This document shows, piece after piece, positions 1 through 10,166 of a DNA stretch of 64,000 nt (the stretch's first letter is position 1; every line of letters starts with the position of its first letter). The notes below the pieces were generated by a model that saw only the letters and a list, made by a program, of their open reading frames with translations, made no database searches and had not been told where the DNA came from. Source of the stretch: a virus; IMG/VR virus record IMGVR_UViG_3300008113_000016, positions 1-64,000 of that record. One strand, given 5' to 3'. Position numbers and translations under genes: made by a program.

Positions 1-28
1 ATATATATAAAATTATAGCAGGATTTTT

Positions 29-238
29 TTAAATGTCAACCCATTCCTTGATCTGATGCTCAAGATTAATTCCTGGAAGCATTTCTGAGTCGCAAGATAG
101 ACATTTAAAAACAGGACTATCTGTATTTGACACCGACCAAGGCATTGTGGTAGAATTGCACACTAGACAGAGGATCTGAGGGGCAATGCCCTTCTTAACT
201 AGGTTTATGTATGAGTGTACTTCTTGAAAGGTTAACAC
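29..238 (-). CDS. small Zn-ribbon protein
   Basis: 69 aa with CLVC...CLSC pairs; GTG start 6 nt after TGCTACAAT box (leaderless). Confidence 0.7.
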   Translation of the reverse strand: MLTFQEVHSYINLVKKGIAPQILCLVCNSTTMPWSVSNTDSPVFKCLSCDSEMLPGINLEHQIKEWVDI

Positions 239-244
239 GCAAAT

Positions 245-253
245 ATTGTAGCA
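245..253 (-). promoter_or_regulatory. extended -10 promoter (TGCTACAAT), leaderless transcript of 238..29 gene
   Basis: reverse complement reads TGC-TACAAT-atttgc-GTG. Confidence 0.65.
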
Positions 254-348
254 CAGAACGAAACCTAACCACTTTAAAAACTGGTTAGGATATACTATTA
301 CAACACACCCTAAAAGGGTGAATTTTTTTTCTAAGGGGATTATTACAA

Positions 349-2277
349 ATGTCTATTTCATTACCAACAGCCTACCAACAGGTTATTCACAAAACACGCT
401 ATGCACGATGGGTGGAGGATGAAAACAGACGTGAAGACTGGAACGAAACAGTTGATCGATACATCGATTATGTTTCATCATCAGTTAAAGAACACAACAA
501 GTTTGAATTACCAGAACTTGACAAAGAAAGAATTCGCAAGGCTATTCTTGATACAAAGGTGATGCCTTCTATGAGAGGTCTTATGACAGCAGGATCTGCT
601 CTAGAAAGAGACAATACATGCATTTACAACTGTGCTTACTTGACTGTTGACTCCCTAAGATCATTTGATGAAGCAATGTACATTTTGATGTGCGGTACAG
701 GTGTTGGATACTCTGTTGAATCAGAATATGTTAATTCTCTACCAGTTGTTGCAGAACACTTTGAGCAAAGCAATACAAGAATTGTTGTTGAAGATTCAAA
801 GGCAGGTTGGGCAAGAGCATTTAAAGAATTAATTGCTTTGGTATGGCAGGGACAAGTTCCAACTTGGGACATGTCACTTGTTCGTCCAGCAGGTGCAAGA
901 TTAAAAACTTTTGGTGGACGTGCATCTGGACCAGATCCATTAGATCGTCTTTTTAAATTCACAGTTGAAACAGTTATGAATGCAAAGGGAAGAAAACTAA
1001 CACCACTAGAGGCACACGATATTATGTGCAAGATTGCAGAGGTAGTTGTTGTTGGTGGAGTTCGTCGCTCTGCTATGATTTCTCTTTCTGATCTTAACGA
1101 TAGAAATATGGCAGCAGCAAAGGCTGGATCATGGTGGGAGTACAATGCTCAACGTGCACTAGCAAACAATTCAGCAGTCTATGATTCAAAACCAACTATG
1201 GAAATTTTTATGCAAGAGTGGAAGTCATTATATGATTCAAAGTCTGGAGAGCGTGGAATTTTTTCTCGTGATGCAGCAAAGAAGATTTCAGCAAAGAACG
1301 GACGAAGAGATGCAAATCATGACTTTGGCACAAACCCATGTTCAGAAATCATTCTACGACCATATCAGTTCTGCAACCTTACTGAGGTTGTAGTTAAAGA
1401 AGACGACACTTTAGAGGTATTAAAAGAAAAGGTTTATCTTGCTACAGTTTTAGGAACCCTTCAGTCAACCTTTACAAGATTTAAGTATCTTCGCACTGTA
1501 TGGAAGAAAAATAGCGAAGAGGAAAGACTTCTAGGAGTTTCTCTTACTGGTCAGATGAGCCACCCTGTTCTTAATGGAACCAAGGGTATCGAAGAACTAG
1601 AAAGATGGCTAACGGAGTTAAGAGAGCAGGCAGTATCAACAAACAAGGATTGGGCAAACAAGATTGGAATTAATCAATCTGCAGCCATTACTTGCGTAAA
1701 GCCTTCTGGAACAGTTTCTCAGTTGGTTAACTCTGCTTCTGGAATGCACCCATGGCATAGCAAGTTCTATGCTCGTACAATTCGTGGTGACATTAAAGAT
1801 CCTATTACAACAATGTTAAAAGAGATGGGTGTAAAGTGTGAGCCAGATGTTATGAAGCCAAATGACACAATGGTATTTACATTCCCTATTAAGGCACCAG
1901 AAGGTGCATTAACAAGATCAGATTTAACAGCAATCAAGCACTTAGAACTTTGGCTAACTTATCAAAGATATTGGGCAGAACACAAACCGTCAATCACAGT
2001 CTCTGTAAAAGAAGATGAGTGGATGGCAGTAGGTGCTTGGGTATATGATCACATTGACGAAATGTCAGGTGTCTCATTCCTACCCTATTCTGACCATACA
2101 TACCAGCAGGCACCGTATCAAGAGATTTCAGAAGAAGCGTACAACTTGCTAAAATCTGAAACTCCTGCTACACTAGACTGGTCTTTGCTTTCGTATTACG
2201 AAACAACAGACGGCACTACTGGCAGTCAAGAACTCGCATGCGTATCAGGCGCATGTGATATCTCAACTGTATCATAA
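349..2277 (+). CDS. nrdJ: class II (adenosylcobalamin-dependent) ribonucleotide reductase, monomeric RTPR type
   Basis: MPSMR, YNC, GGVRRSA, GTNPCSEI (thiyl Cys), CNLTEV, TCVKPSGTVS, C-terminal ACVSGAC redox pair; no intein. Confidence 0.95.
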   Translation: MSISLPTAYQQVIHKTRYARWVEDENRREDWNETVDRYIDYVSSSVKEHNKFELPELDKERIRKAILDTKVMPSMRGLMTAGSALERDNTCIYNCAYLTVDSLRSFDEAMYILMCGTGVGYSVESEYVNSLPVVAEHFEQSNTRIVVEDSKAGWARAFKELIALVWQGQVPTWDMSLVRPAGARLKTFGGRASGPDPLDRLFKFTVETVMNAKGRKLTPLEAHDIMCKIAEVVVVGGVRRSAMISLSDLNDRNMAAAKAGSWWEYNAQRALANNSAVYDSKPTMEIFMQEWKSLYDSKSGERGIFSRDAAKKISAKNGRRDANHDFGTNPCSEIILRPYQFCNLTEVVVKEDDTLEVLKEKVYLATVLGTLQSTFTRFKYLRTVWKKNSEEERLLGVSLTGQMSHPVLNGTKGIEELERWLTELREQAVSTNKDWANKIGINQSAAITCVKPSGTVSQLVNSASGMHPWHSKFYARTIRGDIKDPITTMLKEMGVKCEPDVMKPNDTMVFTFPIKAPEGALTRSDLTAIKHLELWLTYQRYWAEHKPSITVSVKEDEWMAVGAWVYDHIDEMSGVSFLPYSDHTYQQAPYQEISEEAYNLLKSETPATLDWSLLSYYETTDGTTGSQELACVSGACDISTVS

Positions 2278-2343
2278 ATTATCTAGATAGACATTTTATG
2301 ATACACTAATATAACCTCTCTCTTGCGGGGTAAGGAGGATAGC

Positions 2344-2865
2344 GTGAGCAAAACTCATCTAACTCGCAGAGACAAGGCAGTGATGTGGGTCGCTACCATG
2401 TCTCTTGCGTCACTTCTTTTTCCAGCACCAGCATTTGCTAGTGAAAACGGAAAAAGATTTGAAACAAGTAGCAACACTATGGTTGTTATGATAGATGAAC
2501 TAGGACCATTATCTAAAGCAGATAGTGCCAAGTTTATCAGATTAGTAAACAAGTTAATATGGACACCACAGGCATCCAGAGACCATGCTAAAGCCACATT
2601 GGGCGAGTATGGGTGGAACTCCACAGAGTGGAATTGCCTAGACCAATTATGGACGAAAGAAAGTAATTGGCGACACAATGCAGACAACCCCACGTCGTCT
2701 GCATATGGTATACCGCAGTTGTTGGGTATGAACCCAGGAACTCCAGCCCCAACTCAGATTGAGTTAGGATTGAAGTATATCAAACACAGATATGACACTC
2801 CATGCCGTGCATGGAAATTCTGGCAGTTTAAAGCGGGATCAGATAATATCGGTGGGTGGTACTAA
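2344..2865 (+). CDS. secreted lytic transglycosylase (SLT/lysozyme-like)
   Basis: signal peptide ending APAFA; CLDQLWTKESNW..A.NPTSSAYGIPQ..QIELGLKYIKHRY.TPC.AW..GWY motif typical of actinobacterial transglycosylases; GTG at 2344 follows AAGGAGG. Confidence 0.85.
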   Translation: MSKTHLTRRDKAVMWVATMSLASLLFPAPAFASENGKRFETSSNTMVVMIDELGPLSKADSAKFIRLVNKLIWTPQASRDHAKATLGEYGWNSTEWNCLDQLWTKESNWRHNADNPTSSAYGIPQLLGMNPGTPAPTQIELGLKYIKHRYDTPCRAWKFWQFKAGSDNIGGWY

Positions 2866-2910
2866 CGTAGCAGCCTCCTATGGTAAAATTACTATAGGAG
2901 GCTTCTACTT

Positions 2911-5352
2911 TTGTCTTATTCTGCAAATATATTAAAAGATGTTCCAACAAATGTTTATCCGCTTGATGAAACAAGTGGAACAGTTGCCTACAGCATAACA
3001 AACTGGACCCCCTCAAATGGATCTTATGTGTCTGGAAAGTTTGAAAATCGTGGATTGCCATTGGTATACGGAGGAAAGTACTCAACATATCTAACTGGAA
3101 ATAACTCTATAGGGCTTTCACTTCCAGCCCTTGGCTTTTTTACAGCCTCAAAACAAGACAATGATCATTCTCTAGAGTTTTGGCTTTCAATTGAAAAAAG
3201 CAAAGATACTGCAGTAAAGATTGTTGGAAAAAATTCTTCAGAGCATACTGGAATCTATGTTAAACAAAATCAAGTAATATTTAGGCTGCAAGAAGCAATG
3301 TGGTACAAAGAAGTTTCTTGTTATGTAGAGTCTTGGGAAAAGCCAGTTCATGTGGTTGCAAGATATCAGGATGGTAGTATTTCTTTGGTAGTAAATGGAG
3401 TAGAGTCTAAGGTTCGTAACCTAGACAAAACAAAACTAAGTTATTATCTTGGGGTAGCAGACACTCTAGACTTTTATGGTCAAACAACTAATCTTGGAAA
3501 GGTGGCAATTGATTCAGTAGCACTTTACGATCACGTTCTATCTTCAATTACCTGTAAGAGACACATGTTTTATGCTCAGGGATTTGACTCTCCAGTATCT
3601 TTCTTTACATCTAACTCTGCTTCATTCGAAGAGTACAGTTTAGACTTTTATAAGCCAAGCAAAACTCTTGGAGCACCACTACATGGAAATTGGCTTGAAG
3701 GGGTTACAGACAATCTTGTTGTTCATGACAACAAACTTGTTTTTGCATTAAAGCCAGAGGTAGAGTTTATAAATATTAATAAGGTTTCTATGATGTATGA
3801 TCCAACTGGCTTTACATTTTCAGATGGATGTTTTTTAAGATCAAAAGAAATTGGTTCGTTTTTAAAACTTGGTAATGGTGGTCTATCTGCAACAGTAAAA
3901 ATTACATCAATTCCAACTTCAGAAGAAGTAATAGCATCTATATCCGATGATGATACAAAGAGTAGCATGTCTATCAAACTAATTCCTTCTGGAGGGTCTG
4001 CAAAGTTTGCTGTAACCTATAACGATTTGATAAATGCAAAAAGTTACTCTGAAGAACTAGGTTCTGTGGCGGTAGATGGAAACTATGCAGTCTACTTCTC
4101 ATACGATCCAGAAAGACTTATTGCAAAAAGCATATCATCTACTGGAACTGTCGTAGAGGCTACATCAACATCTATATCTAGATATATTAGATTTGGCAGA
4201 AATGCAGAACTAAGAATTGGTGCAAGCCCATACTTTAACGAGTTAAGTAAAAACATAGAATCCTATAAAACCTTTAAGTCAGGAAGCGTAAACAATGTTT
4301 CAGTGCTAGACACTTGGACAAACCTAACAACATTTAATGCAATTGATACATATTACAAACTTTACACAGTTCATGCTGAATACGGAAACACTAAAGTAAA
4401 GCAAAAGGGTTCTTGGACTAAAACATACCCACTTTCTAGTATTGCCAATACAACAATAACAAATAACACTGCAACAACTAGAACAGGTATGATTCAGGCT
4501 TTTCTATCTTTTCCAGAAGTTAACTCTTCATCAAAGTATGTTACAGCAAAATATAAACTAGGATCAAATATAGAAACAGAGTTCTTTGACAATTCATTTT
4601 TAGACGGACTAAGTGAAATTGTAGTAACCAATCAGGGTCTAAAGATTACCTTTGACCTAGCAAGCGAAGATTATGAAAATCAACTTGTATTTTTGAAAGA
4701 GTTTTATCTTGTGTCTACTATCAAGCCAAATATTGGAGTCTTTGTTCCAAGCCGTGGAATTGGATCTTTTACAAAATCTAATACAGGAAAGTTTGTTGTT
4801 GAAAAAAGAAATGTTGGGGCATTAAGCCTGGGCAAAAATTCTGGTATCAGAATGTCTGGTGGTCCTATCATTGTTCAGTCAACATACGACCCACTAGCCT
4901 TTGAGTCAACTGAATCTATTAAAGTTCATGGAATAAATATGTTTGTTTATTTGGACTCTGTTACTTCTCCTACAGTTCTTACTTGGGGATCAAAAATTCT
5001 TACTCTATCCTCTGGAGCCGTTTCACCAGTCTCTGGAGCCACTGTGTACGTTGACGGTGTGTTGAACGGAACCGTTAAGGCTAAGACTTGGACAATGATA
5101 TCGGTTGCGCTTAGTACCTCAATAACAAAAGACACTGAATTTATCATTGGATCTGCAAACGAGTCTGCAATGGCAGTTAACTATGTATCTTTAATTCATA
5201 AACCATTTACACAATCATTAATTAATCAGTTTAGGTCAGTCTTTTCTGGTATTTTGTCTATTACTGGAACAGAAACTGGCATTAGAATAACAGAGCCTGC
5301 CAACTCTGCTATTGCTTACCCACTTACTTGGCAAACAGTTGCACAAATTTAG
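2911..5352 (+). CDS. virion structural protein with N-terminal LamG/concanavalin-A-like domain
   Basis: YPLDE..G, SLEFW, HVVARY..G.ISLVVNG, IDSVALYD.VLS pattern; beta-rich. Confidence 0.65.
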   Translation: MSYSANILKDVPTNVYPLDETSGTVAYSITNWTPSNGSYVSGKFENRGLPLVYGGKYSTYLTGNNSIGLSLPALGFFTASKQDNDHSLEFWLSIEKSKDTAVKIVGKNSSEHTGIYVKQNQVIFRLQEAMWYKEVSCYVESWEKPVHVVARYQDGSISLVVNGVESKVRNLDKTKLSYYLGVADTLDFYGQTTNLGKVAIDSVALYDHVLSSITCKRHMFYAQGFDSPVSFFTSNSASFEEYSLDFYKPSKTLGAPLHGNWLEGVTDNLVVHDNKLVFALKPEVEFININKVSMMYDPTGFTFSDGCFLRSKEIGSFLKLGNGGLSATVKITSIPTSEEVIASISDDDTKSSMSIKLIPSGGSAKFAVTYNDLINAKSYSEELGSVAVDGNYAVYFSYDPERLIAKSISSTGTVVEATSTSISRYIRFGRNAELRIGASPYFNELSKNIESYKTFKSGSVNNVSVLDTWTNLTTFNAIDTYYKLYTVHAEYGNTKVKQKGSWTKTYPLSSIANTTITNNTATTRTGMIQAFLSFPEVNSSSKYVTAKYKLGSNIETEFFDNSFLDGLSEIVVTNQGLKITFDLASEDYENQLVFLKEFYLVSTIKPNIGVFVPSRGIGSFTKSNTGKFVVEKRNVGALSLGKNSGIRMSGGPIIVQSTYDPLAFESTESIKVHGINMFVYLDSVTSPTVLTWGSKILTLSSGAVSPVSGATVYVDGVLNGTVKAKTWTMISVALSTSITKDTEFIIGSANESAMAVNYVSLIHKPFTQSLINQFRSVFSGILSITGTETGIRITEPANSAIAYPLTWQTVAQI

Positions 5353-5370
5353 ACTATAAGAAGCAATAAA

Positions 5371-5379
5371 TGGTAGAAT
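5371..5379 (+). promoter_or_regulatory. extended -10 promoter (TGGTAGAAT), leaderless start at 5386
   Basis: TAGAAT followed by 6 nt then ATG, no SD. Confidence 0.65.
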
Positions 5380-5385
5380 AGGGTT

Positions 5386-5733
5386 ATGTCAAATAGAAAA
5401 CCACTAAAGCACAAAGTATCAGCAGTAGATGATGGCTTTGATTTTGGAGTATATGTATGGGCTTTGCCAGAGGGTGGCTTATTTAAAGACGACGATGGAA
5501 ATGTTTTAAACATTCCATCTATGAGACACGACATTGAAAAGATGGGCATTATAACAAAAGCAGCAGCCTATTGGGGTAGAGCAGATGGACATGCACAATT
5601 TCTTTCTGGAATAGGAAGAGCAACAGATGCTATGTATGCAGAAGATCAGGAAAGATTTGCACAAGGATTAACACCATACGGAGATATTGGAGCGTTTAGA
5701 GATGAACTCAGAAACTCAAGAAATAGACATTAA
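5386..5733 (+). CDS. hypothetical protein upstream of portal
   Basis: 115-aa ORF with own promoter, overlaps portal start. Confidence 0.7.
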   Translation: MSNRKPLKHKVSAVDDGFDFGVYVWALPEGGLFKDDDGNVLNIPSMRHDIEKMGIITKAAAYWGRADGHAQFLSGIGRATDAMYAEDQERFAQGLTPYGDIGAFRDELRNSRNRH

Positions 5734-7264
5734 GATTGACTCTGGCTATACTCAGTCAGCAATTGTTACGTCTTCAGATGAATTTAAAACAGACACAGAA
5801 AGTTTGTTAAAGTTAAATGGTTTACATCCTAACTTTAAAAGAAAAGCAAATAGAAAACTTTCTAAAGCAGACGGTCACTCTTTAATAGGAGATGAATCAG
5901 AATCAAAGCAGATTATTCCAGACAAGTTTGGTTACGGTCTGTTTGATGTTGTAGAACCTCAATATAATCTTGCAGCACTAGCAAGAATCTACGAAGTATC
6001 TTCTGCCAACTATGCTGCAATCAATGCAAAGGTTTCTAATATTGTTGGTCTTGGGTATGATCTAGACATTACTCCTAAAGTAAAAGAAAGACTTGAAGAG
6101 ATTGATGGTATTGATCAACTTACTCGTGCCAGAAGAAAACTAAATAGAATGAAAAACGATTTAGTAGAGTGGATTGAGTCTAGAAACGATGAAGACACTT
6201 TTACAGCAACACTTATGAAGGTATACACAGATGTTGAGTCTACTGGAAATGGATATATTGAAATCGGCAGAAAGACAACTGGAGAGATTGGTTATATTGG
6301 TCATATTCCAGCATCTACAATTCGTGTAAGAAGACTTCGTGATGGATTTGTACAAATCGTAAATGGAAAGTTTGTATTCTTTAGAAACTTCCAAGATCTC
6401 TCTACTTCTAATCCTGGAATTGGAACAGATACCAGACCAAACGAATTAATTCATATTAAGAAGTACACACCAACAAATCAATACTATGGAGTTCCAGACA
6501 TTTTGCCAGCAAAGAATGCAATGGCAGGAAATGAGTTTGCTTCAAGATTTAACCTTGAGTATTTTGAAAACAAAGCAACACCAAGATACATTTTTTGGAT
6601 CAAGGGCGCAAAGTTGTCAAGAGAGGCAGAAAACAAGTTATTTGAGTTCTTCCAAACCAACCTTAAGGGGCAGTCTCATAGAACCCTTGTTGTTCCCCTT
6701 CCAGGAGAGCAAGATGGAGTTAAGGTAGATGCCAAGATGGAGCCTATTGAAAATGGCATTCAGGATGCATCATTTAACAACTATAGAAAGGGAAACCGTG
6801 ATGAGGTTCTTATGGCTCATCGCACCCCTATCTCTAAGATTGGATCAGCAGAAAACATTTCTTTGGCAAACGCAAGAGAGTCAGACAGAACCTTTAAAGA
6901 GCAGGTATGTCGTCCAGCCCAAGATGCCTTAGAGAAGAGAATTAACAAGATTTTAGAAGAAAAGACGGACTCTTTTAGAATTCAATTTAACGAACTAACG
7001 CTAACCGATGAAGATACACAGTCTAAGATTGACGAAAGATATTTAAGAATGCAGGTTATTCTTCCAAATGAGGTTAGAAACAGAATGGGAATGAATTCAA
7101 TTGACGGCGGAGACGACGTTGTAGAACTTAACGCCAAAGCCTCAGCAGAATCAAATGCTCAGGCAAGAGGAAGTAGAACTAGAGATCAGCAACGAGAAGG
7201 TAATCAACCTGACGAAGCAGGTACTGGAAGAAATCCACAAGGCGAAGGAAGAACACAACAATAA
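5702..7264 (+). CDS. portal protein
   Basis: TGNGYIEI.R, HIPAST.R, NELIHIK.YTP.N.YYGVP, YFEN.ATP, PNEVR; position before protease and capsid; ATG 5702 preferred to TTG 5687. Confidence 0.92.
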   Translation: MNSETQEIDIKIDSGYTQSAIVTSSDEFKTDTESLLKLNGLHPNFKRKANRKLSKADGHSLIGDESESKQIIPDKFGYGLFDVVEPQYNLAALARIYEVSSANYAAINAKVSNIVGLGYDLDITPKVKERLEEIDGIDQLTRARRKLNRMKNDLVEWIESRNDEDTFTATLMKVYTDVESTGNGYIEIGRKTTGEIGYIGHIPASTIRVRRLRDGFVQIVNGKFVFFRNFQDLSTSNPGIGTDTRPNELIHIKKYTPTNQYYGVPDILPAKNAMAGNEFASRFNLEYFENKATPRYIFWIKGAKLSREAENKLFEFFQTNLKGQSHRTLVVPLPGEQDGVKVDAKMEPIENGIQDASFNNYRKGNRDEVLMAHRTPISKIGSAENISLANARESDRTFKEQVCRPAQDALEKRINKILEEKTDSFRIQFNELTLTDEDTQSKIDERYLRMQVILPNEVRNRMGMNSIDGGDDVVELNAKASAESNAQARGSRTRDQQREGNQPDEAGTGRNPQGEGRTQQ

Positions 7265-7303
7265 TTGCCCCTATGAATAAAAGGGTATTATAATATAACT
7301 ACC

Positions 7304-9004
7304 ATGTTTGAAACTACTCAAAAGGCGCATTTTGAAACGGACGGTGGCAATCTTAAGTTTACGATGCCAATCGCTAAAGTTGATAAGGAAAACAGAATCG
7401 TAAGCGGTTTTGCAACCTTAGACAATGTTGACAAACAGGGTGATAAAGTAACCGTAGATGCATCTAAAAAGGCTTTTGAAAGATTTAAAGGCAATCTAAG
7501 ATTAATGCATCAGCCAATTCCAGCAGGAAAGGTGGTCAAGTTTAGACAAGACAACCTATTTGACAAAGAAACTGGGCAAACATACAGTGGAATTTTTGTA
7601 GATGCATACATTTCAAAGGGTGCTCAAAATATCTGGGAGATGGTTCTAGATGGAACACTAACATCTTTTAGCATTGGCGGTAACATTAAAGATTCAGAAG
7701 AAGTTTTTGACAAGTCATCAGAAGAAAAGGTAAGAGTCATTAAAGATTACGATCTTAGCGAATTATCATTAGTAGACAATCCAGCCAACCAACTTGCTAA
7801 CATTTTTTCAATTCAAAAGGTTGAGAACGGATACACAATGGAAAGTATTTTTGAAAAGTCAAACATTAAAAACGTATATTGGTGTAGTTCAGATGAACTA
7901 GCATATATGTCAGAAGACGATAATTATTCTTGTTCAGTTTGCAAAACCGATATGCCATCAATTGGATGGATTGACTCAGTAAATGAGTTAGAAACAAAAG
8001 AACTAGTAAAGTCATTAATTAATAAGTTTAATGATACAATCAAAAAGGATGTAGATTCCTCAAAGCCTATCGATAAGAATCCAGACGAGTTAAAGCCAAC
8101 AGTTTCTGTTGGTAATTACGTTTCTTGGGATTCTGCAAAAGGAAAACAAAGAGGAAAAGTAACTAGAATTGTCCGTAAGGGTAAGATATCCATTCCTGGA
8201 TCTTCTTTTACAATTACTGGCACACCAGAAGACCCTGCCATTTTGGTTAGAGTCTTTACAAAATCTGCAGAAGGTTGGATTTTATCTAACACATTGGCAG
8301 GACACAAAATGAGCACACTTCGTCAGATAAGTGCAATCTCTAAGGATCATAATGATTCAGAAGAGAAACTAATAAAGTCTGACGGAACACTACAAGGAGG
8401 TGTTGAAGTGCTACCAGAAAATAATGGAGAAGCCACAATCGAAGTAACCGAAGTTGTGGAAGCAAAAGATGAGTCAGTAGAAATCGTTAAGAGTTTTGCT
8501 GATGAGGTTGCAACGCCAGAAGCCAACGATGAGGTGGCTAAGGCAGAAAACGCCTCTGATGGTGAACCAGAAGAGGCAAAAGAAGAAACAGCAACAGAAG
8601 AAGTTCCTGCAGCAGATGCAGAGGCTCCAGCAGTTGTTGAAGAGGGATCAGATATTGCTAAGGCTCTTGACGATCTAAAATCTTTCGTATCAGATAGCCT
8701 AGTTAAGGTTTCTGATGAGAACAAAGACACAGCAAAGAGCATCGTTGATGTTATTGCTGATGTAACCAAGTCACTCACTACAAAAATTACTGAGATTTCT
8801 TCTCGTAATGAAGAGATTGAGAAGGCATTGGCAGCAGTTAAGGATTCCGTAATGGGAATTAACAAGCGTGTGGAGGCTGTTGAAGAAGATACTGCTGTAA
8901 AGAAGTCTGGTGATCTTTCTGATTCACCAGAGATATCAGAATCTGATATCAAGAAATCAGTTTGGGGTGGACGCTTCCTAAGTTCCGACTCCCTATTCAA
9001 ATAA
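7304..9004 (+). CDS. HK97-type prohead protease fused to Tudor-like domain and acidic/coiled-coil scaffold
   Basis: GFAT..VDKQGD, LMHQ, GTLTSFSIGG, LSELSLVDNPAN (U35 protease motifs); C-terminal E/A-rich coiled coil. Confidence 0.9.
   Translation: MFETTQKAHFETDGGNLKFTMPIAKVDKENRIVSGFATLDNVDKQGDKVTVDASKKAFERFKGNLRLMHQPIPAGKVVKFRQDNLFDKETGQTYSGIFVDAYISKGAQNIWEMVLDGTLTSFSIGGNIKDSEEVFDKSSEEKVRVIKDYDLSELSLVDNPANQLANIFSIQKVENGYTMESIFEKSNIKNVYWCSSDELAYMSEDDNYSCSVCKTDMPSIGWIDSVNELETKELVKSLINKFNDTIKKDVDSSKPIDKNPDELKPTVSVGNYVSWDSAKGKQRGKVTRIVRKGKISIPGSSFTITGTPEDPAILVRVFTKSAEGWILSNTLAGHKMSTLRQISAISKDHNDSEEKLIKSDGTLQGGVEVLPENNGEATIEVTEVVEAKDESVEIVKSFADEVATPEANDEVAKAENASDGEPEEAKEETATEEVPAADAEAPAVVEEGSDIAKALDDLKSFVSDSLVKVSDENKDTAKSIVDVIADVTKSLTTKITEISSRNEEIEKALAAVKDSVMGINKRVEAVEEDTAVKKSGDLSDSPEISESDIKKSVWGGRFLSSDSLFK
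8408..9004 (+). CDS. nested in-frame scaffolding protein (internal start)
   Basis: AAGGAGGTG at 8394-8402 followed by in-frame GTG at 8408, exactly where the acidic region begins. Confidence 0.65.
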   Translation: MLPENNGEATIEVTEVVEAKDESVEIVKSFADEVATPEANDEVAKAENASDGEPEEAKEETATEEVPAADAEAPAVVEEGSDIAKALDDLKSFVSDSLVKVSDENKDTAKSIVDVIADVTKSLTTKITEISSRNEEIEKALAAVKDSVMGINKRVEAVEEDTAVKKSGDLSDSPEISESDIKKSVWGGRFLSSDSLFK

Positions 9005-9027
9005 AAAAAGGTGGTGAAAAAAAAATA

Positions 9028-10077
9028 ATGAGCGAAGATATTCTAGAAAAGGCTGTTGCTGCGGGAACCGTACTATCTCCACTAACATCTCCAGGTGCTA
9101 TGACAACATCAGGAGCAACTGGTGATACAGGTGGTGTATTGCTACCAGAGCAAAGCCGTCAATTTATTGACTACATGTTCGACCAGATGGTGCTTGCACA
9201 AGATGGTCGTCGTGTCACAATGCGTGGAAACACAATGGAAATGGATAAGATTAAGGTTGGAACTCGTCTAGTAACTAAGGCTACTCAGGCAGATCAGACT
9301 GGCGCAAACAAGGCTGCACAGTTTACAAAACTTGAAATCTCAACAACAAAGTTCCGTTTGGACTACGAACTCTCAACAGAATCCCTAGAGGATAATATTG
9401 AGGGTGCAGCATTGGAAGACCACGTTGTACGCCTAATGGCTTCACAGTTCGGAAACGATCTTGAGGACATTGCAATCAACGGTGCTGCTGACACAACTGC
9501 TGGCTACTATCCAACAACTCTTGATGGTTTCATCAAGAAGATTAAGGACACAGATGCTACAGGACATGAGGCTGCTGCTGCAGTCGCAAACGTCGATGCT
9601 GTATGGGATGTAACAACTGCTGGCGTAACTGCTGGTAAGAACACCCTTACACTTAAGGTTCTTGAGGACCTATATAACGCAATGCCTCGTAAGTTCAAGG
9701 TAAACCGTTCTGCACTCAAGTACTATGTAGGATCTAAGCACCTAACTGAACTTATTGCTGACCTCCGTAAGTTGGGCACAGTCCCAGAGGAAGTTGCAGT
9801 AAGAGTCATTGATGGTCAGGTCCCACGTCTAGGTGGAAACGCAGGTGCTCAATACCGTGTATTCGGTGTTCCAGTACTTGAAGTTCCTCTATACCCAGAC
9901 AACTACATTGACATTACTGCTCCTACAAACAGAGTTTGGGGATTCCAGAGAGATGTTACTGTACATCGTGAATTCAAGCCAAAGAAGGATACTGTAGAAT
10001 ATACAGTATATACACGCTTTGGTGTTCAGGTCGAAGAGAAGTCAGCAATTGCTTGGGCAAAGCCTAAGACTGCTTAA
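9028..10077 (+). CDS. major capsid protein (HK97 fold)
   Basis: GGVLLPEQSRQFID, LEDNIEG, FGNDLED.AING, REFKPKKD..EYT..TR; SD AGGTGGTGA; CGN-biased Arg codons; followed by terminator. Confidence 0.93.
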   Translation: MSEDILEKAVAAGTVLSPLTSPGAMTTSGATGDTGGVLLPEQSRQFIDYMFDQMVLAQDGRRVTMRGNTMEMDKIKVGTRLVTKATQADQTGANKAAQFTKLEISTTKFRLDYELSTESLEDNIEGAALEDHVVRLMASQFGNDLEDIAINGAADTTAGYYPTTLDGFIKKIKDTDATGHEAAAAVANVDAVWDVTTAGVTAGKNTLTLKVLEDLYNAMPRKFKVNRSALKYYVGSKHLTELIADLRKLGTVPEEVAVRVIDGQVPRLGGNAGAQYRVFGVPVLEVPLYPDNYIDITAPTNRVWGFQRDVTVHREFKPKKDTVEYTVYTRFGVQVEEKSAIAWAKPKTA

Positions 10078-10091
10078 TTTTTAAGACTCTT

Positions 10092-10134
10092 ATTGGTGGG
10101 AGAAGAATTTATTTCTTCTCCCACTAATCTTTTA
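10092..10134 (+). terminator. intrinsic terminator after capsid gene
   Basis: ATTGGTGGGAGAAGAA/TTCTTCTCCCACTAAT stem followed by CTTTT. Confidence 0.85.
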
Positions 10135-10166
10135 TTGAGGTATAATAGTAATACACTGGAGGTATT

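Noticed and set aside
8347-9000. 217-aa antisense ORF (also 636-1145, 15501-15914, 25542-25970 and similar)
   Set aside because: antisense shadows of strongly coding genes with low-complexity translations and no initiation signals
8962-9027. protease-capsid fusion by frameshift / capsid start at 8962
   Set aside because: no in-frame slippery heptamer in the protease frame; SD plus ATG at 9028 explains the capsid start
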